Assembly: GCA_964234715.1 (NCBI GenBank)
Contig: OZ174289.1
DNA from: Podarcis melisellensis
Taxonomy: Eukaryota
DNA: 64,000 nt
Direction: 5' to 3' (one strand)
Positions 38,937 through 51,120 of this stretch are shown one piece after another. Positions within the stretch are counted from its first letter, which is position 1, and each line of letters starts with the position of its first letter. A program made the position numbers and the translations under genes. The notes under the pieces were generated by a model that was not told where the DNA came from, made no database searches, and saw only the letters and a list, made by a program, of their open reading frames with translations.

Positions 38937-39010
38937 TCTTTTCTTTTCTTTTCTTTTCTTTTCTTTTCTTTTCTTTTCTTTTCTTTTCTTTTCTTTTCTT
39001 TTCTTTTCTT
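38937..39010. repeat. (TTTTC)n pentanucleotide microsatellite
   Basis: Direct reading of the sequence. Confidence 0.95.
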
Positions 39011-39923
39011 GGGAAACCATTGTGCCCACCCTGGGCAAATTTAGTATTTTCTTAGCGATTCCACTTCTTTAAGAAAGCATGTTTTTATCTCTTTCTTCTC
39101 TATTAGCTTCCCTTAAATATACCCTGATCATAAATTATCTTTCCATTGATATATAATTTTATGGTATTACTAAAAAAAAAAAAATTGGTGTTATGAGCCA
39201 TCAAACCTTGGAAATACACTTTCTCTGGAAGGTTTCCACAATTTTGGCTCAGATAATTGTTTATTGAGTGGTGGTGGTCCTGAGGAGTATTCAATCATAT
39301 GAGCCCCCGCAGCTGGAGCCAGAAGTGTTGCAGTAAAGACATAAGCTTACTGCATTATCTGAGGTTTATGAGAAGTAGGTTTTAGTTTGTTGTCCTTTCC
39401 CAGGCAACCAAGGGGACAGCTTGATGTAGAATAGTGACGTTAAGATGGGGGGTTCAATCACATAATTAAAACCTCTTTGAATGCAGTGTAGGACTGCAGC
39501 CTTTGTAGTCTGTCAGCGTTCTTGTATCCTTTAAATACATTTTTTCCCTGATGGGCAAAAATGAATTAAGAGAATACATATGTTACCACCTGTCTGTGCT
39601 TAAGGAACAAAAGATTTGGATAGAGGGATTATGCTATTTGCATTATTAACGCTAGACAATTTAACAAATCAAACAAAACTGTGTATCTTTTTTTAAAAAA
39701 TGGTTGTTTCGTGTCCATTAAAGTTGGTATGCAAATATTAGGAATATCTCTCAGGTTCGTTTTTTAAAAAATTTAGAATTCACATTGAGACATGAAACAT
39801 GGAATGTGTAGCAGCTGTTTGTTTAGTGCTAGCAGTTTCAAGCATGCAAATAAGTGTTAGGTAAAAATTTTGTGTGATGCCATCTTCAGTAGGAAATTAT
39901 CAAATGCAAACTTGTGTGGTAGA

Positions 39924-40051
39924 TAGGTAGCCGTGTTGGTCTGCCATAGTCAAAACAAAAAAAATTCCTTCCAGTAGCACCTTACGAAAGCTCATACCAA
40001 GAACTAACTTAGTTGGTCTTTAAGGTGCTACTGGAAGGAATTTTTTTTGTT
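39924..40051. mobile_element. Penelope-like element remnant with inverted terminal arms
   Basis: Perfect 34-bp inverted repeat (39951-39984 / 40021-40054), GTAGCCGTGTTGGTCTG start, and 12-bp TSD TTGTGTGGTAGA (39912-39923, 40052-40063). Confidence 0.7.
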
Positions 40052-40439
40052 TTGTGTGGTAGAGGTAATATTTTAGAGCTAGGAGAGTAAATTAAACAAG
40101 GAGGGGGAGAACCATGTACATCACATTGAACTCATTGGAGGAAAAGGTGGGATATAAATACAATAAATAAATATTTGCTCCTGGCTAGCCTCCTTCTGTA
40201 TGCAATATGAGTCATGAATCGCCCCTTTTCTCAAGCCATTGCCTCATCTTTTAGACATGCACCGTTTTCAGTTCTCTTGGAATCATGTTTCTTCCTGATG
40301 CAAAAATTGGAGATAGGTGTGTAAGATAATTAGATTGAAGAAATAGATCCCTCCCTTATTTTAAGAAGTGCATTTTATTTTTTTTGCAAAATTCTTGAGG
40401 GTTATGGTGGTGGAAATAGGCATTTTGTGGCTCTAAATA

Positions 40440-40659
40440 CAGTGGTACCTCGGGTTACATACGCTTCAGGTTACAGAGTCCACTAACCCAGAAATAGTAC
40501 CTCGGGTTAAGAACTTTGCTTCAGGATGAGAACAGAAATCACGCAGCGGCAGCGTGGCAGCAGCGGGAGGCCCCTGAAGTGGTGCTTCAGGTTAAGAACA
40601 GTTTCAGGTTAAGAACAGACCTGTAGAACGAATTAAGTTCTTAACCCTAGGTACCACTG
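40440..40659 (-). mobile_element. Tc1/mariner (Tigger-like) MITE, reverse orientation
   Basis: TA|CAGTGGTACCTCGGGTTA ... CCTAGGTACCACTG|TA. Confidence 0.9.
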
Positions 40660-43600
40660 TACTAGTTAATGAGTACAAAACAAGCAAAACACACACACAC
40701 ACACACAAAATTCCAACCCCATAGGAATTCCTTTTCTATAGATTTCGTTGATGAATGCTGTCAATTTTTCCTGGGGTTAGTGATCTTTCTCCTAATAATA
40801 TGATGATATGAGTAATTTAGGCCAAATTCTGTAGTAGCAAAAGCCTAGGTTTTTTTATGAAGGAATAAGAATTATCTGGAATGAAATGTTTTTGAAGTTT
40901 GTGGTGCAGATAATTGATTAAAGTTCTGATCAACTTTATACTCTTTCTGTCTCAATGAGATTGCCAGTTCTCTGGCAGAATCCCACATCACTCCAATAAC
41001 ATTTGAGCGATGGAGTCCTGTGGGGCAGGCTGTTGCATAAGAGGTACCCATGTTCCATGTCTATAACCATTGCTGTCCCAGTATGGGTTGCTGGCACTAC
41101 TTTTGGCAGTGCGTGACCATTCTCTTACAGCAGAGGTGGGAAACCTTTGATTCTTCATATGTTGTTAGACACCAACTCCCCTCAGTCCAGCGAGTATGGT
41201 CAATAGTTAGGGATGATGGGAGTTGTCATCCTGCAATATGTGGTTCCCCATCCATTTTTTGCATGATTCTATCCTTCACACATTACTTCAGCAAGGTGGG
41301 ATCCAAATATTGCTACTCAAGTAACATATGACTCTGGTCATAGTCTTCTGTTGTTGAATGAAATTCCAAACCTATAATTTAATACATAGTTTTGGCCTGC
41401 AAAGAACTTATATTCACATTACAGTATTTCTTTTTCCTTGTGATTGGTTGCTTTTGAAACAAACTGGTTTCTCATAATTTGTGACTGAAAAATTCCTAAT
41501 GATTTCGCTGGACTCTGAGTGATTATGGGCTGCTTGAAAAAGTTTAAATTATCAGCATGTAAATCAAATGCCTTCTTCATAAAATGGTCTTTTAAATGTA
41601 CTTTGTATCAGGATAAAATAGTGTTGTGAACAATGATTATCTGCCTTTATGCCTTAATTCTTCTAAGAACTGGAGCTCAAATTGTGCAATTGAAAAATTA
41701 TTATTTTTCATCCTGTTAAAATCCTGTTGTGGTATATAATTACTGGGAAAGCATTTTTATTTTATTCCACAGAAAGGTGTATTGATACTTGAGGTACAGT
41801 ACTATGTGAACAGAATTCAAGTGCTTTGGGAACACTTGTTCTTTTTGAATTGCATTATCAGCCCCACCAGTCAGTCGTGACTCTGCTGAAAAACGGTGTT
41901 TAGGTAAGGATGCCCGGTTGCTAAGCAATGGACATTAGAGGCTTAAACGTTTAAAGCTGTAGTGCAAAGTTTCCCTCTTTGAGTGAGATATTTTCACGTT
42001 ACAAATTGAAAGGGTTTTTTCCTCCTTAAACTGCTATTTAAATATGTATTTTATATAAGGAAGACTATAATAGCTCCAAAGTTATGAAATTTTCATAATT
42101 GGAGATGATTTTATTTTTATTACTGTCTCTTACTATCTTTTAGTCTGTTACTTACAGATGGGGAAGAATTTACCCATTTCCAAGTAATAGTTTTGGTGGC
42201 ATTTAAAGGCATTTAAAAAATTCTGCTTACTTCAGTATTAGCAAGCAATATATAGCAGCAACAATTAAATATGGAGGGGAAACTAAAGGATTGCTTGGTA
42301 GCTCATGAAAGAGATATGCTAGAGATAATGCAAAAGTTGATCACATCTATTTCACTTCACATTTTCAGTTGCAGAAGGTGATAATTCGATGGGTCAGCAA
42401 GAGGGAGCAGAGAATCTCTACTTGTCTTGGTTAAAAGATAAAATAAAAATAGCAGGGGATTGTTTTGTGCCTTGACAGGGCACATGTTCCTGACCTCTTT
42501 CTCAGGACCTGGATAATGTGGTATGGTGAGCAAGGCCATGTTTGCAAAAGAACAGTAGACTTGGCTTGCCTGTGGCAGGGACTTCAGAGATGAATGAGAA
42601 ATTGGGAGGTAGGGTTAGGGAAATAACTGGAAATCTCTATCCTTCCACTGACCTGTCATTCAAAGATGTTGATCTCTTAGCTAGCAACTAAATTTTGTGT
42701 CAAGAAAACACATTGCAAAAAAAACCTCAAAGCCCCAGGTCAGAATGGACTCCTGCTGAAAGAATATGTGGCTAGGAATATTCTCCATTGTTCAGTGGAC
42801 CTACCTACAGTGTTCAAGACTTGTTCAGCCCCAGGACTTCCTATTGGGTGCCCTGTTGGTCTCTCAAGCTCTAGCCTTTCCCTCCTTTGGCCAGAATGAT
42901 GTCATGCAGTTGAACACTTGTCTGATAGCACTGTTGTTTGTTTGTTTTTAAACCAAACTCAAATACTATGTAAAAAATCATGTGGGGAAAACCTTGAAGC
43001 TAGTCATCACTTCTCATGATTCTTGTCACCCCATTGCTGTACTGCCTCAGCTCTTCCTTGCCTCCTGGAGGGGGCAGCAAACCACAAGAGCAGGCGCTGA
43101 AGAAAGCAGCCCACCCAGAAACTTAGCAATATAGATGTCACAAGCATCTTTTTTTAAAGCACTGGTATCGGGCTGGTACCTGCTTGAAGGAGATGCCGGT
43201 CCAAGCTGGCTCTGGGCTTCTTTCTGGGAGCCCCCTTTCCCCTTCTTTTCTCCCTTTGGACTCTCTTTGCCAGCAGGACCTGCCTGGGGGCGCCTCCTGA
43301 TACTCAAGCTCTTCTGAGGTCTTTGCAAAGCAGGAAGGTCTTTCTGCTTCACCTTCCCAAAGCCTGCCCCCCATGTTGCTGCCCAACCCTGCCTTTTGAA
43401 TAGCTGCTGCGCTCAGCCAGGGCGCACTTGGAAACCACTGCTTGTCCTGTGGAAAAATACACTGGGGTTATTTACCTCTGTGTTTAAAAAAATAAAAATA
43501 AACCTTGCCCTGTTGTTTAAGCCCCTTTCCTCCGTTCTTGCCTTCTGTGTCCGTGTGGATGTCTGTGTCTCACCCCCTCGTAATGTTCCCTATTTTCTCC

Positions 43601-44182
43601 TCCCTATCCTTGAACTCTCCCTAATTCTCCCCTCGCCCCTTTGCTTTCTCACACATTTGTTCCCCCAACCCTATACTTCCTTATGTGTTCCTTCCTTTTT
43701 CTTCCCTCCCACCCCCACTGGCAAAAAAGGAGGGAGAAATGTTTTTGTTTTTATTTTCTGGTGTTTACATAGTTCCAACCTTATTTCAGACATTGTGATA
43801 TCACGATGTTTAGCTTTTGATACATCACCATCTTGAATACCAGTCATCACACAGTCCTACCATGAACTTCACATCTCAACATCTTGGCAGGTCTGTTTGG
43901 GAATAGAAAGTTCTTAAGATTGTTCTGGCCAGAAATATCAACAGACCACTTACACGGGGCTTCTTCCCTGTTCACTTTCCATCACCATCTGTTTTGGTTT
44001 TATTTCTTCACTCTTCTCTTCATTTGGGCTCCCCCCACAGACATGAAATTAGTTTGAAGACCACAGGTTCCCTACCTCGATGAAAAGGGAAGGGAGAAAG
44101 AAGCTTGCTGAGCATTAGGTATGCCATATAGATAAAAACAGTATGGGAAGAAGGAGCAAGCAAGAGGTAAACATAGCAATTA

Positions 44183-44348
44183 CCATACTTTTCTGTGTAT
44201 AAGACTATTTTTTTTACTCTAAAATAATGTTCAGAATCTGGGCTCGTCTTATACACTGATAGTATCTCCCCCCATTTTCTTAAATCAGGGTCCCCCAAAA
44301 TAGGGGGTGTCTTGTACATGGGGACGTCTTATAGATAGAAAAATATGG
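44183..44348. mobile_element. Tc1/mariner(pogo)-type MITE
   Basis: TA|CCATACTTTTCTGTGTATAAGAC ... GTCTTATAGATAGAAAAATATGG imperfect TIRs. Confidence 0.7.
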
Positions 44349-45664
44349 TTTATCTGTTCTATTCTGTAAGCAGATGTAGTACATTTGTAGCCTGCCATAT
44401 AATGCTGCATTTCCAAAGCGAAAGTTTGACTTGCCTGTCAAACGATTCATTATAGCAAGCTCTAACTCTTAACACCTGCCAAAAAGTCTTCTGCTTCCTT
44501 AACCAACTTTGCCCACCCTGTTTGATAATCTAATTGCCCCCTGCTCTTCAGCCCACCTTTTCCTGTAAATCCTTTGGCTAGGAAGTCTCATCTGCAGCAG
44601 AAACACATGTAGGGTGCATTTGCTCACACTTCATTTCTCTGTCTTTTCCCCATTTGAAATTTAGGCAGTGGATTCACTGGGGAAGAGCCCCATCCCTTTG
44701 GGAGCTTATATTGTTCTGTAATATGTCATGTGCATTAGAATTTCAGTATAGTTGAGTAGCATGGCTTGGAGAGCAAAGGCTTCTAATATTTTAGGAACAA
44801 TTGAGTTATGCATGCAGCATGGATGCTGCTAGCCATGATAGCAGTGCTGTGCCATTGCAGTTGAAGGCTTCAATGCTTCTGAATACCAGTTGCTGGAAAC
44901 TACAGGAGGGGAGAGGGTTATTGTGCTTGAATCCAGCTTGCAGGATTCCCACAAGCATCTGGATGGCCACTGTGAGAACAGGGTGCTGGACTGGATGGGC
45001 AACTGGCTCTGGCCTGATGCAGCAGGCTCTTCTTTTCTTACACTTGCTCTGTTAGTGTTTGGGGATATCATTATGCAAATCAGTATTAGGTAGGAATTTA
45101 GTGTGATGACCACCATTCATGAAAGTAGTAGGAAATCAGCACAGGCAAACTTACTAGTCAAAAATGTATTTTAAAGCTAGAATGATACACACTTGGATAC
45201 ACTTCCTGCCCTCTCTCCACTGTCTCACACCAGCTACAGAATGCTCATTTTCTCACAACATTGAGAGACATATTGCCCTTTAGTTTAGACAAACTCTTTC
45301 TGTTCTCTTGGAGAAATTATGCGTTTTTTCCTGATGGCAGAGGAGAGCCATGGAGAAATTGAACAGAAGCAGGTGCTTACGACTTGGAGAAAGAGAATCT
45401 CTTCCTCCCACCATTCTCTTTCAGGAAGTTCAAAAAAGTTTCAGGGAGTTCAAAAAATTTCTTGCAAAGCTCTTGAGGACTACTTAAAAACAAATAGTAA
45501 TGGTAGGGGTAACCAACCTGATGCCCTCTAGATGTTTTAGACTCAAATTCCCATCACCTCCAATCAGAGTCGGTAATAAAGGAGTTGTAGTTCACAACCT
45601 CTGAAGAGCATTGTGTTAGCTACCCCAGGCTTTTTAGTGGCCCTGAAAAATGTAGTAGTGGTAG

Positions 45665-45667
<3 letters not shown>

Positions 45668-45720
<53 letters not shown>
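45668..45720. repeat. (TAA)n microsatellite
   Basis: Direct reading of the sequence. Confidence 0.95.
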
Positions 45721-46948
45721 GATTTTAAAATCCCATAGGAATCCCCTTTGGTATATGTTCCCTTGATGGTGTCAGTTTTACCTGAGGTTTGAGGGATTCC
45801 CTACTACCACCAAATAATAGTATGATTATGATAGCTAATAATAATTTTGATCAAATTTTGTAAAGGCTAAAGCTTAGATGTGACAGAGACTTAACTTCAT
45901 CTAAAGTGGAATGCTTTTTTGAAGTTTGTGGTGCAAATAGTTAACTAAAGTTTCCAGATTTTTTTCAACTCTTGCATTTTAGAGAAAAACACATTTCTGT
46001 TCCATGTGGAACAAGCTGGTCACATGAGTGATACCCATGCCATATCCTTACAACCACTGTGCTAATACAGGTTGCTGACTGATGTGGATGATTTCCATGT
46101 GATTCCATCCTTTACATGATATTTGGAACCATGTGGGATCCAGGCATAGGGATCTGCCATGCCAGATACTATTGAATCTGATGATGGGCTTCTATTGTTG
46201 TAGACGGTTGAGTAAAAATTCTAACTCTTTGATTTAATTTAAAAAAAATGCCCCCAGAAGAACATTTGGGAGCAACAAATTGCATCTCAGAACTTATCAT
46301 TAGAAAATTCCTATTGATTTTGTTATACAGTCAATATGTTAAATCAGGCTGATAAAGCTGTCTTTTCTGTGCGGATCTAACTTCCCCCTATTTATTAAGA
46401 TGTCGTAGCACTATAGCAACATTTTTTAAAAAACAATTTAAATAATTACTCCCTCATAATCACTGATTTAGAGGCAGTTGTGATTCTCACATCAAAGTGC
46501 TCCCCCCACCTGTCGCCTTTTAATGAAAAAATGACACAGCTGAATTTTCTTGTTAATAGTCTTTCAACCACAGTTGACAATCACTTAAAAAAAGAAGAAG
46601 CAAGATACTCCTGTGAGTCATGGAAGTGGGTGTGTTTCTGCAGAGAGCAGCTTTCGTAACACCAATCCACCAATCTGTCACCAGAGTCGGAAGAATAGAA
46701 CACCCCTGCACACAGGCTCTGCTTTGGCAAAGAGCTATCTTCTTTACTACCAATGTGAGTTACAGCTAAGCTGCTGCTTTCTTAGAGGCAAGTGGAAGTG
46801 AGTATGCTAGCAGTAACGGTAACATGTGCTTGGAGATGAATTCCCCCCCTGTAGTTTGCTTTTCAAATCTTGTTTTTGATGTGTGACAAATCTTAAGTGC
46901 TTGTTATTCATAATATTGTGGTTCAAAGGAGGCAGACTTCAGTAAGTA

Positions 46949-46979
<31 letters not shown>

Positions 46980-47484
46980 GGAGGGAGAGAGATTTTTCTG
47001 AATTGTTGCACCACGCTTGACGTCCTAAAATATGGAAACAAGTTGAAAGTGTGCATGTTGCAAAAATAAAATAAAATGTACATGTGCATAAGATTAATGC
47101 TGGAAAAAGAGGATCTTTTGTTAAATTTTGAGTGTATAGAATCTAATGCCCCACTTGGGGGACCGGCAAGTTAACACTTGGCAAGAGCAATTTGCATAAG
47201 AGAAAAGACAGGAGGAAAAAGAGTATTTTAACCCTTCCTTGTTAAGTATTTACCCTTATACCCTTTCTCACAGTGTTATTAATTGTATTCTTGTTCATTG
47301 TTTACCTCAGAGATTTAATATTCTTTAAGGATAAAAGCTGGTTGGGGAAAGGGTTTGGGGGAGATATGGCTGACAGGGAAACGGATAAGTGCCCCCCTTC
47401 TTGAGATTCCTTTGCAACAAGCAGCCTTCAGGCTCCTTATACCCCTTGTTTTAGATTAGGTCAATCTGCATCCGTATACCTTAT

Positions 47485-47575
47485 GGTTGTTTAGTCGTTT
47501 AGTTGTGTCCAACTCTTCGTGACCCCCTGGACCAGAGCACGCCAGGCACTCCTGTCTTCCACTGCCTCCCGCAGT
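47485..47575 (-). mobile_element. Short BovB 3'-end fragment
   Basis: The reverse complement matches ~17606-17695 (ACTGCGGGAGGCAGTGGAAGACAGGAGTGCCTGGCGTGCTCTGGTCCA). Confidence 0.88.
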
Positions 47576-50069
47576 GTAAAGTTCACCAGTAAAGATAAAA
47601 CATACTATATGATTACTTAACAAGGTATTGGATGGTACATGTTACAGGTGTTCAACAAACTTTCAAACTTTACATCACTGTGATGCTTTACTAAAAACTA
47701 GAACAGTAAATTAGTGAGCCGGTGAGGTAACAACTTAATCGTTCTTCAAGATTATGTTTGTGCAAGCATCCTTTTTGTTGCTTTTCATTTCATTTCTGTT
47801 TGTCTCCTTCCACAGCTAAGAATTATGTGTTTAGGTTTTTAAATTATTTTAATAGTATGGGATTTGTTCAGTTATTGCTTTACATCCCTGCAGCACACAC
47901 AAGTAATTTATTTTAGCCTACAAAACAAAGGTGGAGAAGCCTGATGGTGACTGTAAATATCAGGGGTTGTGTAGGGTCACACATCACCCTCTCCTCTACA
48001 CCCAGTATAAATTGCAGGGGAAACAGGTCTGTAGTGACTGTAGGACTTGCACAAAATCAACTTTAAAAAAAAGGAATAGGTAATGATCAAGGAGGATAAC
48101 AACTGGGATGAAGCACATCTTGAGTTGAATGAAGAAACACCAGGAGATACTTGCCCAAATTGTGTGGAAGTTACTCCTCTTTAAGGGATGCTCTGCGTGC
48201 TACCCTGTAGCAAAATTCCCTTTTGATTTGTGCACGCATGCTTGTTTTATGCTTCCTCTTGAACCATGTGCCCTTATTTCTCTACAAAGGTATCTGGCTA
48301 CACCACATTGCCTATTATAAGTTTGCCCATGTGGGAGAGGAAACGGCAAAGTAAATTTCCAGGGCAGAGAATTTCTGATTCTTAGTAAGTTATATGGTCA
48401 TATGTGACCCTGATTTCTGCTAGGCTGAGATGGAAGGGATCCTCCATTGCTATTCAAGGGCTTCATGATATACAAAAAAGGTAGTTTGCTTGCTTACACA
48501 GAACTCTTCATGACCGTATGAATATATTTTACTCTAGTTGTACGTCAGCTCATCAGTTACTGATTATCATTAACCAGCATCCCTGCCCTTCGATAAAGTC
48601 ACTTCTCTCAACCAGTTTTTTCTCTATTTCTTCAGGGAGCTTCAGGTACTTCTGACTCAAGGTAAATGAGCCATGAGGATCAATGTGTAGAGTCCTGTCC
48701 TCAGCTTTCTTTTTTCTGTTGTAGTGTCTTCATTGGTCACAAAGCTGTATCTTCTGTTCTGCCTAGAAGTGTGTCCTTGTGTAGCAGGTCTGGGCAATAT
48801 AAAACGCTAAGTGTCCAAAGGTGGCAGGGACTTCACATCACTCAGGCTGAGGATATCAGCAGACATCAATACATAAAAACATACATTTGATGGGCACCTT
48901 CATGAAGGCTGACCCAGAAGTAAACATCTTCTATGATGCTTTTTAAATACTTCTGAGATTTGTCACAAACTTAAGTAGCGTTCAAAAATTTCATGGTAAC
49001 TGACAGGATTCAGTTACAGTGAAAATAAACATTTTGTTTTATTTTAGCTGAAACAATCCATTTGGTGAACCTCAGCATTTTAAAATTTATATTTGTAGAA
49101 GCATATGCACCCTCATCCTTTGGAAGGCAGTTCGAAGTCATAAAATAAATAAAATAATTACACTTCTATAAGTTACATCAATCTGTCCAGTTTCTTGAGT
49201 ATGATTTCCAAATGGCCTTGAAGTGAAATGTAAATCACAAATGAGCCGAAGGTACTTAGATAATACCAAATGCAGAAATCGGGGAGGGAGGGCGTCCAGA
49301 AGCCCCACTGAACATCTGGAGGTCCACAAGTTCCACACCGCTGCCTTAGGGCACAGGATTTGCAGAATAAATAATTTTACAGAAGAGTTATCTGTGTCTT
49401 CCTTTTTGGAAGGAAACTTTCTGGAACACAGTCATACTTGGAGCAGGGTAGTTGTTGCATATGCTGACGTCTGCTTTCAGTAATGTGAAGGTTACATCCA
49501 TTCACAGAACGCTGTGCACAGTGACCTTTTCTGCTGCTATTATCACACTTTTCCAATTGCTATTCTAATAGCTAGTACACTTGGGTGTGGGCCTTCGTAC
49601 AGCCAGCGGTGTGTGGAATACTGCATGATTTGTGTCTAGGAGGTGGAAATGAGAAGAGTCCCATAGTAACTTGACTGCAAGTGGAAGTTTGTTTAGTCAG
49701 CTTAGAATCTCCCCTTATTTGCATTGCTAGCCTCAATTGCTAAGGAAGGGATTCACTTATTCAATAATTTAGCATTTCATTTGCTGTTTCAGAAAACAAG
49801 GGCAACAGGATACTTTTAAAATTAGAACAAACAGGCTATATTGTAAGGGTGGTGGGCCCATTTTGAAGGCCTGCCTTGGGACCTGATCTTTTCTTGAATG
49901 TTCTGCTAGTGGGAAAATGCAGATGATCCTGTCAAAGCTCCTGTCTAGCTATAAGATGGTGAAATGAAATGGGTAGGTGACACAATCACTCCTGAGCCTC
50001 CTCTCTGGCTTAGTGGTGCCCATGTGGTTACTTAGAATTTTGGGCAGCTTTGGGCCATGAAGCAAACTA

Positions 50070-50389
50070 CAGTGGTGCCCCGCAAGACGAATGCCTCGCA
50101 AGACGAAAAATCCGCTAGACGAAAGGGTTTTCCGTTTTTCGATGCGCTTCACAAGACGAATTTCCCTATGGGCTTGCTTCGCAAGACGAGAATGTCTTGC
50201 GAGTCTTGTGATTTTTTCGCTTTCCCCCCCTTTTTCTAAGCCACTAAGCCGCTAATAGCCTTTTAGCCGCTAAGCCTTTAATAGCCGCTAAGCCGCTAAG
50301 CCGCTAATAGGGTTGCTTCGCAAGACGAAAAAAACGCTAGACGAAGAGACTTGCGGAACGGATTATTTTCATCTTGCGAGGCACCACTG
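50070..50389. mobile_element. Tc1/mariner MITE with internal CGCAAGACGA repeats and (TAAGCCGC)n
   Basis: TA|CAGTGGTGCCCCGCAAGACGAA ... TTCATCTTGCGAGGCACCACTG|TA. Confidence 0.88.
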
Positions 50390-50789
50390 TACATGAAGGC
50401 TAGTGATACAATCAAGTGATACAGTTCTTTATTGAAAGCTGATTGAACCCTGGCTAGTATGCATGAACGTGCCTACCATGTTCCAGTGTGGGCTACGAGG
50501 AAGGCACATTTTGCATTGCATCCTCAAGTGGTCAGCAGACAGTTATTTTTAATGGTCCAGAGGTTATTGACTCCCACTGTAGAGGAGGAATCTGGAGCAT
50601 TTGAGGACCTGCTGCGACCAACTAGTTATACATGTTGAGGATAAATTGGCTTGAATTCAGAGTGTTGTTGATGTTTATTAAATGTCTATACTGCCCTTCA
50701 TCTGAGGATCACAGGGTGGCTTGCAATATAATGCATGGAGTACCACTGACTCCGCAGTTCCAGTTCCAGATGAAGGTACCCAATGCCAC

Positions 50790-51120
50790 AGTCAGTGATG
50801 TGTTGTGGGATCAGTTTGAACTTATGCAGTCAGCAGATGTGGACAAGGTGCTAGCAGTTGTACGTCTGACCATTTGCTCTCTTGGCCCTCAGTCCCAGCT
50901 GGCTTATTCAACCTATCAGAGTTACTTTGACTAGAGCATGCTGCCTTGAAATAGGTGGTGTGTCCACTTCTAAAGAAACTTACCGTGGATCTCTTGGATT
51001 GGAATTGATCCAACTGAACTATTGATCCTCATCTCTGACCTTTACAGGGAAAGGGACAAGGGGAGTGTTACCTTGCTCCTGCCTCTTGATCTCTTTGTGA
51101 CTTTTGATACCATTGACCTG
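50790..51120 (+). mobile_element. Degraded L2-like reverse transcriptase fragments
   Basis: DQFELMQSADVDKVLAVVRLTICSLGP and DKGSVTLLLPLDLFVTFDTID correspond to the TTC.LDP and LLDLS.AFDT.D motifs of L2/CR1-group ORF2. Confidence 0.75.

Noticed and set aside
43047-43836. GC-richer patch with 80-146 aa ORFs, possible processed pseudogene
   Set aside because: No recognisable protein similarity, poly(A) tail or TSD; left unannotated.
46570-46805. Cluster of GTGAGT donor-like motifs with upstream AGs
   Set aside because: The exonic -1 to -3 positions are poor and there are several mutually inconsistent pairings; no exon can be defined from sequence alone.
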